From Octopus sinensis (Eukaryota): a DNA stretch of 64,000 nt. The notes under the pieces were generated by a model that saw only the letters and a program-made list of their open reading frames with translations, did no database searches and had not been told where the DNA came from. Position 1 is the first letter of the stretch. Each line of letters opens with the position of its first letter. Both the position numbers and the translations under genes were made by a program. Below are positions 1-13,910 of the stretch, piece by piece. The stretch lies in the NCBI RefSeq assembly GCF_006345805.1, contig NC_043017.1, forward strand, positions 1,612,001 through 1,676,000, in the 5' to 3' direction.

Positions 1-728
1 ATACATGTATATATATATAATATATTTGAGCGATATATATCAAGTAGATTTCTTCGACTAAACCCTTCAAAAGCGTTACTGTATCATGACAGTAACTACT
101 AAAATATAATGAAAGAATGATATATCATATCATGACTGCTTTGAAATTAGAACATACAATATATATAGAAAATAGAGAATTAGGCGACTCTCACAACATT
201 CCTAAAATAATTATAAGGTTCACGAAAGCGATACTGAAAGCAAAGTAGATTTTATCATAGTTATTTTATAACTATATCATAAGAGATTATTTATCTTCCA
301 CCATTTATTGTAATATTTAAAACTTGTTTATAAAATTGTAGCATAGTTAAGCGAGACAAACCGAAGTAATGTTTGTATCAAAAACAATTTCGCTAGCTAC
401 AACAAGATATTAATAAATATGGAATTGATATTAGATGAACGACATAAGTGGAATAATTTGGCGAGGAATATACCAAGTTGCGAGGACTGCATAGCAAAAT
501 AGCTTTTTCTTAGTACATGCCTCATGATTGTATCTTATTATATAAATTCAGGCGGCGATAATGCCAGATTATCTCACAGGAATGATTCATATGCGTGCAT
601 ATGGATGTATATAAATACTCAGCAGAAAAAAAACCACACACATACACATATTTACGTAGGTGTGTGTGTGCGTGTGTGTGTGTGTGTGTAAAAATGTATT
701 TATAAGCAAATATGTATATGTAATATAA

Positions 729-762
<34 letters not shown>

Positions 763-1346
763 ATTTGTGTATAAATATATATATATATATATTGCTCATA
801 TATAAGTGTATATATGTTATATATGTGCGCATGTATATATGTATACACGAGAAAATATGCATATGTATGGTATCTACTTTGAAGCTAATTTAATAACTAG
901 GTATGCTTTTGAATACTATTCGTTGACAGTAATCAGCCATACATGTATTCAGTATATATGTACGAATGTATTCAGTATACATGTACGTATGTATGTGTGT
1001 GTATATACGCATCTATATCTATACGCATCATATATATATATATATATATGTCTGTAAGTGTGTGCGTGTGCAATCCCGTATGTATGTTTATATAAAGATA
1101 TTTACATTAACTTCAGGAAGACAGTATTTAGGTCTGTTTCGAACATTTGAGAATAATTTTAGAGCACATTGATACTTTACTTAATGAATGGAAACCTAAC
1201 GTATTGTATATTAATAAGAGCCCATAGGTATATTCCATACCATTGAAAAAGTAGAAATGTATTTTAATGGATGTATAAAAGTCATGAATGAAGTACCATG
1301 CTGATATAAAGTTTTCCATGTTTGTATGTCTAACTATCCATCCATA

Positions 1347-1420
<74 letters not shown>

Positions 1421-1549
1421 CTATCTACTATCTATCTATCTATCTATATATATATATATATCTATATATCTATATATATCTATATATATATATATAATAT
1501 ATATATATATATATTTATCTATCTTTCCGTCATCTATGTATCTATCATC

Positions 1550-1593
<44 letters not shown>

Positions 1594-1693
1594 ATATATA
1601 TATATAGATAGATAGATAGCTAGATAATAGAGATAGATAGATAGATAGATAGATAGACAGACAGACGATAGATAGACAAAATAAGTATATATA

Positions 1694-1733
<40 letters not shown>

Positions 1734-1820
1734 TGCGAGCTTGTTGTTGCTAATATTGTGGCCATATGATCGACGTATGATCCTGATCACGCCATTTTTT
1801 TCTGGCCTTACCATGTAAAC

Positions 1821-2720
1821 ATGGCCGCTCTACTAATTGTATACAAAAATAGAACAAAGAGCAGTGATCCGATTCTTCTGGTCGGAGGTTATGCTAGTCG
1901 TTGAAATACATTGGCGGCTCTCAGCATAATACGGGGACGCCAGTCAACCTCCACCACTGATTTGAAGATACAGCAAGCTCGAGAGATGGTAATGGTGAAC
2001 CGGCGAATTTTAATCGATAAGGTAGCTTAATCTCTGCAGATTTCATGGTTTTGCTTGTCCCTTGTCCCTGTCCCGCACAAATTGTCAATTGGGGCTGGTT
2101 TAGTTACGCCCATTTATGAAATCATTCATTATGAGCTCGGCTTCTATAAAGTCTGTGCAAACTTGGAGGCAAGAGAGATTACTGCAGAGCACAACAGCAA
2201 ATATATGGAGGCCTGCCAACATTGGTTTGATCGTTAGAACGATGAGAGCGAGAAATGTTTGAAGAGAATAGTCACAGAAGATGAAACGTGGGTCAATCAT
2301 TGTGAGACACAATCTAAAAGACAGAGTATGGGGTGGACATATCCTGCTTCCCCAGCAACGAAGAAATGCAAAATTCAGTCTTCTGCAGGAAGGGCCAATA
2401 CTGGAAGACTGCCTGAAAAAAATGGCTGTACGATCAATAATGCAAGATATAGTGTTTTGTTGGTCAACGCACTGAAGCTAGCAATCTGCGCCAAATGCCG
2501 AAGCCTATTAACGAAGAACGTTTTATTGCTGCATGACAATAAACACCCAGCCACGGCCACCCAGATTGTTTAAAACAATGACCAATTGGGTTTTATGAGG
2601 TGGCGGAGCAACCTGACTATGGTCAAGATCTCGCCCGTTACGACTCTCATATCTTTGGACGGCTGGAAGATGGTTCACGATGTCGACGATTTTCTAAGAA
2701 CACGTGCCGGCATTTATCTT
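1821..2720 (+). mobile_element. Degenerate mariner (Tc1/mariner) transposase remnant
   Basis: Frameshifted fragments match mariner motifs: EQRAVIRFFWSE near the N-terminus, YEIIHYELGFYKVCA, RIVTEDETWV (first catalytic D), SKRQSMGW, LLHDN (second D) and PDYGQDLARYDSHIFG (a YSPDLAPxD-like motif). Multiple stops and frameshifts. Confidence 0.9.
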
Positions 2721-2918
2721 CTCAGTTTCCGTCGGCCGAATTCATTCTCAAGATAATGGGTCTTTTTTCTATCAGCCCAGGCCGTCCGAAACTCACAAAT
2801 ATATAAGCCTTATAAACAGACATGTGTGTGTTTGCGTGAGCGTGTATATGTAGGTATGTATGGGTATCTATGTGCGTGCTTGTGTGTGTGTGCGTGCTTG
2901 TGTGTGTGTGTGTGTGCT

Positions 2919-2949
<31 letters not shown>

Positions 2950-3060
2950 AAGTATTTACTTGCGTTTGTGCTTGTCCCTGTCCCGCACAAATTGGGGCTG
3001 GTTTAGTTACGCCCATTTATTTTAATGGTTCAGCAAAATGATAAACAGATAAAAGCACAT
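2950..3060 (+). mobile_element. Degenerate 3' half of the abundant ~450-bp SINE (family B)
   Basis: Follows a (TG)n tract. The order ttgtccc...gctggtttagttacgcccat...ggttcagcaaaa...gata resembles the reverse complement of the better copies at 56520-56700 and 61640-61800. Confidence 0.5.
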
Positions 3061-3489
3061 ATTGTCTTTAGGATGGAAGTGGGAAAAAGAAATAATGGCC
3101 GTTGGTCACGTGTGCGCAACGAGAGAGTTAAGGAGGAAGAATGAGAGAGATAGAGAGAGGAAACGGTTAAGGGGAGAGGAGAATAGGGAAAAGGTGGGAG
3201 AGAAAAACAGAAAAGAAGAAGAACAAGAGAGGGAGATAGATAGACAGAAAAGAGAATAATTGTGCGCATCGTAATTATTAAGATAAGAGTTACTTGTATA
3301 TATTCACTTTAAAAGACGTCTGTAAGAAAATAGCTCTTCAGTCATCAGGATGCTGCAGGTTACTCACTTTCGAATCGTGTCTACAGTTATTGAAACTGTT
3401 CACCAACTACAGACTCTCTTTGTCTCTCGCTTTCACTTACTTTGCTGTATACATACTGTATACACAGATATATACACACACACACACGA

Positions 3490-3521
<32 letters not shown>

Positions 3522-3571
3522 GTGTGTGTATGTTTGCATATATATATATGTACATATATATATACATATAT

Positions 3572-3620
<49 letters not shown>

Positions 3621-4380
3621 CATACATATGTACATATATATTTTTTAATATAAATTCTCAATGCTCTATCTGCTTATTCGAATCATTTGTGTGTGTATGT
3701 ATTTGTATAAGGAAGACTTCCGCTGGTTAATAAAGACGGAATATTACTCAACTACGGAGGTGTTATAGGCAGAAGCAGGTAACATGAAATTGATAGCCTA
3801 ACAGTCGAACATAAATGGGAAACAGAGAATTGTCGTGAAGAAGGTGAAGAAAAAGAGGAAGAAGAAGAAGGGAAGAAGAAGAAGAAAACGATGATGATGA
3901 TGATGATGATGATGATGAATGATGATGATGATGATGATATTGCGTATGATGACACTGACATGGCTAGTATTTTTAAGTGAAGATTGCGGCTCTGAGTAAT
4001 TTTCTCCCAAGCTCTGTACATTATTGTCCAATCCACGAGAACTGATCCAAATCCGAAAACTTTATTCTCATCTCATCACGGGCAGCAAATCCGATGATGA
4101 AACAGTCAAGAAGAACGGACGTTCAGTAATTTGATCAAAGCGAACCATAACTATAGCGAACCAATAACTATAGCACAAATATATACACAGTTCAATCAAT
4201 CTCCATTTGAACATTTACAATGCCTTGAGCAATCGACCATTAAATGAAGCCACATCATTGTTGCACATGAAGCAGATATTACGGCGAATCACCATTCAAC
4301 ATGCAACCAATCAGGACCCCATAACTAGACAAAACTCCTACAAACACACAAACATGTACACCTATACATAAACGTATAAC

Positions 4381-4440
<60 letters not shown>

Positions 4441-4487
4441 GCATTATATATATATATATATATGAACATATACATTATATATAAATA

Positions 4488-4560
<73 letters not shown>

Positions 4561-4883
4561 TATATATCATGTATGTATATATATATGTACGCGGTTGTCT
4601 GCATATGTGCGATCAGCAGAGTGCACATATATTGTGCGTTTGCATATACGCTGTATGGTTGTCTAATAATGTCAAATTTAGCTCTTATCAATAGGGATCA
4701 ATTTAGCACCGCGAAAATAGTGAATCTATTTGCGGGATCGTTAATTGCGCTGTGTGCCATTTGTAAGCGGTGTCACATTAAAGAGAAATCGGCAAAGCTT
4801 ATTGTTTGTTTAATCAATCTCACTTACCACATTTCCCTCTGTTTTGCTAACTATATGACAGTGTGAGTCTGTGTGCATGCTTG

Positions 4884-4961
<78 letters not shown>

Positions 4962-5246
4962 CCTACCTATCTATCTATCTATCTATCTATCTAACTATCT
5001 AGCTATTTATCTAACTATCTGTCTATTTAGCTATCTATCTATCCATTTATATATCTATCTATTTATCTATCTATCTATCAATCCATATATATATGTGTGT
5101 GTGTGTATGTGTGTGTGTGTGTGTATGTATACATTTACACATACATATATGCCGATTGATAGGGAGATAGGGAGAGACAGATAGAGAGAGGGAGAGAGAG
5201 AGACGGAGAGACAGACACATAGACAGACAGACCGACAGATAGACAT

Positions 5247-5331
<85 letters not shown>

Positions 5332-5497
5332 GCTAGAGAGAGATAAAAGTATATAGATACAATGTTGGATAGATATGCCCACCTATATATTTCAATATGT
5401 ATCTATTGATATACGGATCTTCCTCTCAATATCTATCGATCTATCTTTATATTTCTCTACCTGTCTACCCAATTTTGCACCTATCTATCTATCCATA

Positions 5498-5586
<89 letters not shown>

Positions 5587-7244
5587 GTCTATCTATCGTT
5601 CTACCGACTTGTCTATCGGTCTGTCTATCTATCTGTCTGTCTCTCTAACTAATTAGTATCTATCTGTAACTTGCTTTCTCTATAGCTGAATATTTCTCAC
5701 TTCTCTTCTATAACTTCTTTCCCTAATCGTCTCCACTCTACTTCCCCTTAGCTATCGTCACTATCTCTCTCTCTCCCTTTCTCTCCCTTTCTCCCTTTCT
5801 GCGTTTCTCTCTCGTCTCTCTCTTTCTATTTGTCTCTTACTCTGGTTCTCGTTCTCCCTCTTTCACACCCACACATATACGGACACACGTATACACACAC
5901 TGTAATTGTGTATGTCCATCCATTGTCTGAAAAGCGTTTAATTGTGATAACAGGTTAATATAAAATGGCCACGTATATTGGATTAAGTTAGCAACAGACC
6001 TAAATACTAAACACTACACGTTGCTATTTCCTCTCGGGTCCTTTGCGCTATTTCTCACACTTTTCCTCCACTGCCTCCTATAGCATCATGATCCCTCGCA
6101 TTCTCTCTTTCATACACTCTGTCTTCCTACATCTTTCCTTCTCTTTCACCTTCCTGTGGAGAGAATCGCGGGAGACGATTTAAGCGCATCAGTAATCAAG
6201 GTAAATGAAATCGAATGAGTTACCTCTCTGTCCTCTCTCTCAATATATAATGCATGCATACATACACCTACACGCATACACACACACACATACACACACA
6301 CACACACACACACAAATATGTATGTATATAAGTATATATATATGTATATATACTCACATGCTCGCATGCTCTCACACACACATACAGGCATATATACATA
6401 TGTACATGAATACATATACGCAGATACTTGAACAAATTTATATATATATACATATATACATATATATATATGCATATATATATTTTTTCATATATATATA
6501 TATATATATACATACACACACACGCATATATATATATGCATAGATACGTGGATATAGATATATATGTATTTATTGAAATGTAAAACCTAGATGTGTATAT
6601 AGATATGCTCATGCATTTATGCACTGCAGTTTAACTAATGGGCATTGAGATAATTGATCCGTGAGTGGACACAACTACCCAATAGGCGGATGGTGCAACG
6701 AGTTTCTATGTACTATGTTAGACACTGGGGAAGAAGTTGCTTGCATGCTACATACGAAAAAAATATCCCAATACACACATGCACACACACATCCACACAC
6801 CAAAATTTGTGTGTGCGCTCGCGTGTATGTGAGTTTGTGACTGTGTGATTGTGTATCACACGAGGAAGTAAATAACCAAGACCGAGTTTCGAACTCTAAT
6901 ACATCTTGCTCATTCTCACTCTCTCTGTCCTGTTTTCTATCACTATAGATATATATATATATATACCAAATCCATCCATAAGCTGTTGTTTTTTTATCAT
7001 AGCGGGACTTTTGTAGAAAAGACTTGCCCATGTGCTACGTAATGTAACTAAGACTGAACCTGGAACTATGTTGTTTGAAGGCAAACCTCTTACTTACGAC
7101 ACATCCATACCTTACCTTCAAAATATTAACGTTCCCACCTCAGTAGTCGAGCTCGGGCAGCCTGCTTGAAAGCCAGGAACACTACCCAAGTATGTTTGCA
7201 TATATATATATATACCTGCCTCTTGAAGCAGGTATCCAGGAATA

Positions 7245-7750
7245 TCAAACCTGTTACAAGGCCCACACTGAAAGCTGCTCAGAAGTAGAAAAGATTGAAA
7301 TGGGCAGAGGAGTGCATGAAGATATGTTTTTCGACACTTCTATTCACTGACGATTTTCGGGCTATGGTAAGTCTCAGATGGCATTAAGATGACATCGAAA
7401 ACGCATATTACCTACTTAAAGGAAAATTTCCAGCATTGGTTAAAAACGCAAAAACTTTCATGCAGCGAAGAATTCTAAAGATTGCCTGCAGCAAATCGGC
7501 TTCTCTGGAGGTCGTTTGATGGAGTTACCGCTTTGTTCCTTTGAATAAAACTCCATCGAGAACGTGTGGAGTGTCCTGATAAGATGGACGGCAGTTTTCA
7601 AGTAAAGACAAGATGGACGGCAGTTTTCAAGTAAAGTTGCCCTCTGGAATGATATTTTAGATCCTGCTCAAAGCATGACACAAGAAAATATGATCACTTT
7701 GACAAATTCAATGGGTCACCACATAAGGAAGGTTATTCCATGAGTCACAT
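7245..7750 (+). mobile_element. Degenerate Tc1-like (DD34E-type) transposase remnant
   Basis: TRPTLKAAQK*KRLKWAEECMKICFSTLLFTDD (RP..L...RL.WA...F.DE pattern), NSIENVWSVL (LNPIENLW-like) and GRQFSSK. Internally deleted, with stops. Confidence 0.8.
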
Positions 7751-8012
7751 CATATATCAAACCTTAGGAGCTGTATGACATCATAATGACATGATTATTT
7801 TCAAACGAATTTATTATGTTTTCTATTGTTGCCCAATCACAAAAATGGCCGCCATTTATTGGCGTCTGCGCATTTATTTTAAGAGAATGTGCGCTGATAG
7901 GTGTTGCCAACAGTCCGTGGGAAAAGAATTGGTTTTGAATGAATATACATTTATTTATTGATAGAAAGTTGTTTTAACCCAATAATGTGTGATACAGGGT
8001 ATATATATATAT

Positions 8013-8040
<28 letters not shown>

Positions 8041-8048
<8 letters not shown>

Positions 8049-8189
8049 ATATTTCGGAATGGTCATTTTGCCAGTTTATCCAATAAAAACTCACGCACTA
8101 TATATTTGGTGTTATTTTGCTTCAGTGTTATTATTTTTTACATTAATCTTAATCTTATTTCGGCCAGGGTTCTTTCGTCACACTCCTGT

Positions 8190-8190
<1 letters not shown>
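8041..8190 (-). mobile_element. Small non-coding interspersed repeat, 5'-truncated copy of the element at 14910-15140
   Basis: The reverse complement aligns along its length (about 80% by eye) with 14995-15140, including GTGACGAAAGAAC and CACGCACTATATAT. It is flanked by (TA)n. Confidence 0.8.
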
Positions 8191-8224
<34 letters not shown>

Positions 8225-8793
8225 CATGTGTGTGTATACAGTTTTGTGTACGCTTGTATATAAATTGCACGTTTCTGTGAATGTGCATATGTAGTTCTTA
8301 TACAAACAGGAGATATAGAACTCAATACGAGTATCCTTTGACTTTCCTTGTTTTCGTTTGAGATAGCCATGTCCGATATATTTGTAAACTTCCACGCATT
8401 TAACTCACTTTCGTCACATTCGTTTAAAATCTACATAATAACACACGCACTTACGTATATCGAAGTTATATACAAACATTGACGTATACGTTCCTATATA
8501 TTTCCTGAAGCACCCAATCGAAGTACGTCTTTTATCGTCTACCTTTTATCTTTTACTTGTTTCAGTCATTAGACTGCGGCTATTCTGTATGTGTGTGAGC
8601 CTGGGTGTAGGTGTGTGTGTTTGTTTGTGTGTGTGTGTATGTGTGCATATTCATATATATAAACAGATAGAGAATTAGATAGGAAGGTAGGCATATCTAT
8701 ATATATTATATATATATATATATATACACATATATATCCATGTATGTATATGTATGTATGTATATGTATATATATATGTATATATATATAGAG

Positions 8794-8882
<89 letters not shown>

Positions 8883-8885
8883 ATA

Positions 8886-8923
<38 letters not shown>

Positions 8924-9625
8924 GTCAGTGTTTTTGCCCGTAGTTTAAACTGTAAGCTTAAGAAGACTTCAGTGCTAGGGTGCGTGTTACTGTTTACTTA
9001 CGTTATATGCTCCTTATCTTCATATAAAGCGGTGAGTACGACAAGATTTTTAGAGAATATAGACGCCAGCTTATCGTAGGTGAATTTCCACTTTTTGTAT
9101 GGAAACGTTTCGTTCACCATCATACGTAAGGTTTGTCAAAAGAATTAATCCTGTAGCACATGTTTCATTTACCAGCTAACACAGTCCTACATTATGCTAC
9201 TGAATATCTAAATCTTTGGCTGGGCTGAAGAATCATAGAAGGACCTCATATTACATCAGTGACTTATTTTCAATTATGCTTTCTTGCAATGGCTTTGCTC
9301 GTAAACGAGAAAGCGGCGAGAAATGTGTGCGAGCGTGTATTAAATGGGTATGTGTGTGTGTGTGTATCTGTGCTCTATGTATCTGTATAGTGTTTCCAAA
9401 TCGTGAAAAAATTATACATAGAGATTGACAAAAAGTAAATCAGACAGAGAGAGAGAGAGAGAGAGGGACAATGAGAAAGAGAGAGAGAGAGAGACAATGA
9501 GAAGGAGAGAGAGACAGAGACAGAGAGAGGAAGAAAGAATGAACGAAATATGTTTCTTAAACACAACATGCAGTTTATACATATTATACCCTGCGCATGT
9601 TTCGCCATTCTGGCTATTTGTATCT

Positions 9626-9677
<52 letters not shown>

Positions 9678-9735
9678 GTTTGGAAATCAGTATAAACACA
9701 CACAAGACGCTCATACATGCATAATATTTATGTGG

Positions 9736-9800
<65 letters not shown>

Positions 9801-10115
9801 GGCATATATGCATTTACAAACACTCAGACTCACACACACACGCGCACAATCACACACAGAAACAAATGTATCCATGTATATTATCATCAGTGAATTGAAA
9901 CGTTTCTGAGCAGGTTGGTTCTCTCTGTGCAGGAAGAAGACTGCATAAAATTAAACGTAACATTATATGTCTTTCTGCACATAAATCTTTATAAATACGT
10001 TCACGGTCTACATTAGTGTCTCGTTAACCCATATACGTCAATGTGTGTCTGTGATGCAGCCGGATATCCTACACAATACACATATGTGTGTATATGTATG
10101 CATATATACATATAT

Positions 10116-10151
<36 letters not shown>

Positions 10152-10299
10152 CTAATATATATATGTACATATATATACATATATATATACATACATATAT
10201 ATGTATAAATGATACATATATATATAAACATATATATAATATGAGTGTGTGTATATATGTATACACATATCTATATATACATTCTATATACGTATATCG

Positions 10300-10346
<47 letters not shown>

Positions 10347-10726
10347 CATATATAGATAGATATAGATATACGCACACACACAGATATATATATATACATA
10401 TATAAATATATATTATATATATATATATATTATATATATATATATATATATGTAGAAATGTTAATGACATCATTAAAATGACTACCACATTATACACCTT
10501 CATTTACTATCATACTATACCGCTACCACATTTAACACCACCACCACCACCAACAACACCACCACCACTAACAACAACACCATGGCAGCGGTTGGAAAAC
10601 AGCTGCTGCAGCTAAAATTGTCATCGCTACAACGATCGACGCCATCAATTTCTCTGTGACTTTAACCGTTAATGCTTTCTCTGTCCTCACCGCATCCTCA
10701 CACTTCGAGCTCTACTGAAGCAACAA

Positions 10727-10760
<34 letters not shown>

Positions 10761-10884
10761 TACGACGATGGCCACGACAACAACAAGGTCAGAATCAAGA
10801 AGTAGAAGAACAAGAACATTGATGGGTGTAACACTTAACAAGTGGACTGCAATATATATGTTCAAATGACCAGGCTGTGATATT

Positions 10885-11345
10885 CGGAATGTAGTGTGTA
10901 TATATGTATGCATGTATGTGTGTGTGTATGTATGTATGTTTGTATGTATGTATGCATGTATGTATGTATGTATGCATGTATGTATGTAAGTATGTATGTA
11001 TGTATGTATGTATGTACGGGTGTATGTATGTATGTACGGGTGTATGTATGTATGCATGCATGTATGTATGTAAGTATGTATGTATGTATGCATGTATGTA
11101 TGTATGTATGTATGCGTGTATGCATGCATGTATGTATGTATGTACGGGTGTATGTATGTATGTATGTATGCATGTATATATGTATGTATGCATGTATGCA
11201 TGTATGTATATATGTATGTATGTATATATGTATGCATGTATGTATGTACGGGTGTATGTATGTATGTATGTATGTATGCATGTATGTATGTATGTATGTA
11301 TGTATGCATGTATGCATGCATGTATGTATGTATATATGTATGTCT
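10885..11345. repeat. Long compound (TATG)n tetranucleotide microsatellite
   Basis: About 460 bp of TATG with CATG, TACGGG and TAAG variant units. It generates the spurious MYVC and HTYI ORFs. Confidence 0.97.
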
Positions 11346-11671
11346 GTATCTATATATCCGTCCGTATATATATATGTGTATGTATGAGTGTGCAAGTATA
11401 CACAAGAAAAAAATGTATATATATACAGAGAGAGAGAGAGACAGAGAGATAGAGAGACAGAGAGACAGAGAGAGATGTATATACTTATGCATACAAACAC
11501 ATGAATTTATAGACATCTATACTGATAGATAGCTACTTGTATACACGGATACATATGTATGCACTGACATACGTATTTACACAGACATATACATGCGAGT
11601 GGCGCTGATGTATGAGTGTGAAGCTACGTTTGTGTGTCATCGTTTATAGGTCTCTATCTTGTATATACGTG

Positions 11672-11728
<57 letters not shown>

Positions 11729-11798
11729 CATACATACGTACATACGTACATACATACACACATACGAACATACATACATACATACGTACATACATACA

Positions 11799-11865
<67 letters not shown>

Positions 11866-13399
11866 CACACACTCAACTAACTGATGATAACTGACTTCAC
11901 TGAAAATTATAAACACGGTCTTCAATCCTCACCTACATTTCTGCCTCAGACACAACTGCAGGCAGTCGCCATTTTGTAAATTTATACAACACTCCAAGTA
12001 GATTTTATGAGATTACATTAGCTGTGCTCTAATTGCCAACGTTATGCCTCCACATGCCGCACATCCACCAGCACCATCACCATGACCTTCATCATCATCA
12101 CTATTATTACCATCAACATCATCATCAACATCACCTTAATGATAACCCACCATCCGATTTTGTTGAAAGTCTACCAAATACGTTTGTATACAGCTTTCTA
12201 TTTTGTCATTCATTGAAACCATCATCACGTATGTTGATTAAAGTTAGCAAACACTGACACACACACACCTATAGACGAGTAGAGATACAGTTACACATAT
12301 ATGTCCAATACCCACACATAACCACGCACACACACGCATGCTAGACGTAGACACACGGTTTAGTTGTTCTGAAACTCACATACACAACTGCAGAAAACTC
12401 ACAGTTAATGATATGCTTATTACTTGCGATAGCATCGATGCCGGACAATTTACATATAATTTTAAATAGCCATCCGTTATGTTATTGATGTTTTTCACTG
12501 TGCTGAGCATTGGTTGTTGGCGGAACATTAACTCTGACGGGTAGTAATATATGCCGTCAGCGAGGCAGCTTGTATATAGCTATTTCACCAAGTAGAAATG
12601 ACAGCCAATTTTATTTTCCGCTTTCTTAAAATGCTCTCTACTTTATGTAGGATGCAATATAAGGAAGATTCATGGTAAAAGTGAAAATACAGACTGGAAA
12701 TCAGAACATTATCCAATAAACATTGGATGTAGAGTATTTTCCGATGATGGTTGCTGTCGCTAGGTCTAACTTTGCATAGAACAAACAATATTTTGAGTGA
12801 TAGCAGGGCTGCAGTGAACAAGACATGCCACAGTAATTAGTTAAAAAGAGACAATTAGGTTTGGTTAGGAAAATAATGAGGGGACCCTTGTAGTCATTTG
12901 ATCCGGCAAATCGAGCTTCATCGCAGTGTGGAAGGACTGGGGCGCTTAATGTCTTGAGGAAACCCCCATAAGCCTACAAGTGCCTGGTACGCGGTACTTT
13001 GAACTGATAGCTCATGTACCAGAAAGTTGTTATATATAATAATCATGTGTGTGTGTGTATGTGCATTTCAGTGCATATCATGATCGCCTCATCTTGTCAG
13101 ATGCCGTTTCATAATCAACCTGATTGTCTAGATTTTCTTTCATCGCGAGTGATATGAGGTAAGCACGCATCCATTGCTATAGGACTTTATAAATATAAAA
13201 CGGACCAAAAAAATAAATAATACAACATCTGTACTTCCTTGAATTTAAGCGATAAAAGCTGGTACAACAATTTTGCCATTCTCACATTTACCATATTGTG
13301 TTCCAGTGACAAATGTTGTTAAATGACCGGTACTATTTCGACAGCAAGTCTTCTTCTGTCTCTGTCTTTTTCCTACAAGAGCTATCTTTACCACGTCGT

Positions 13400-13812
13400 G
13401 TTAAAAATAACGGGAGCCCATTCTACCTCTGGGAAACCTTACCGACTCAGGGACGGGAAACTGGCAAGTAATACTGTTCGAGGTCAGAAGAAAAAATAAA
13501 AAGGGTGTAACGGAATTTAAGAGGTGATCACATAAACGTGTGCCCTTAACGTAGTTCTCGGGGAGATTCAGCCTGACACAGAGTGTGACAAAGCAGGCCC
13601 TTTGAAATACAGGTATAACAGAAACAGGAAGAAAGAGTGAGAGAAATTTGTGGTGAAAGAGTACAGCAGGGTAATCCCCACCCCCTGCCGGGGCCTCGTG
13701 GAGCTTCAAGTGTTTTCGCTCAATAAACACTCACAATGCCCGGTCCGGGAATCGAAACCGCGATCCTAAGACCACGAGTCCGCTACCCTAACCACTGGGC
13801 CATTGCGTCCCC
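13400..13812 (-). mobile_element. tRNA-derived SINE (family C), near full length
   Basis: The minus-strand head GGACGCAATGGCCCAGTGGTTAGGGTAGCGGACTCGTGGTCTTAGGATCGCGGTTTCGATTCCCGG has a Pol III A box (TGGCCCAGTGG) and B box (GGTTTCGATTCC). Its central domain is shared with 38175-38330. Confidence 0.85.
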
Positions 13813-13848
13813 ACATATATGTATACACATATATATATACAACAATTA

Positions 13849-13910
<62 letters not shown>

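Noticed and set aside
1345-5590. Opposed (TCTA)n and (GATA)n arrays that could fold back (1345-1440 with 1605-1660; 4885-5080 with 5245-5330)
   Set aside because: Both orientations of this microsatellite are so common here that nearby inverted pairs are expected.
6162-6200. 39-nt micro-exon candidate (RIAGDDLSASVIK) after a long pyrimidine tract with AG|GTAAAT donor
   Set aside because: The GAG acceptor is weak, the pyrimidine tract is CT low-complexity, and there is no recognisable homology. Similar chance splice pairs occur at about 3713-3778, 9933-9956 and 14449 onward.
9001-9125. Minus-strand open frame MMVNETFPYKKWKFTYDKLASIF ending at a GTAAGT donor
   Set aside because: There is an in-frame stop just upstream, no good acceptor and no recognised domain.
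12534-12560. Hairpin CTGACGG-13nt-CCGTCAG
   Set aside because: A 7-bp stem is expected by chance in 64 kb.
13745-13812. tRNA gene on the minus strand
   Set aside because: A and B boxes are present but the acceptor stem is not convincing, and it continues into a SINE body shared with 38175-38330.
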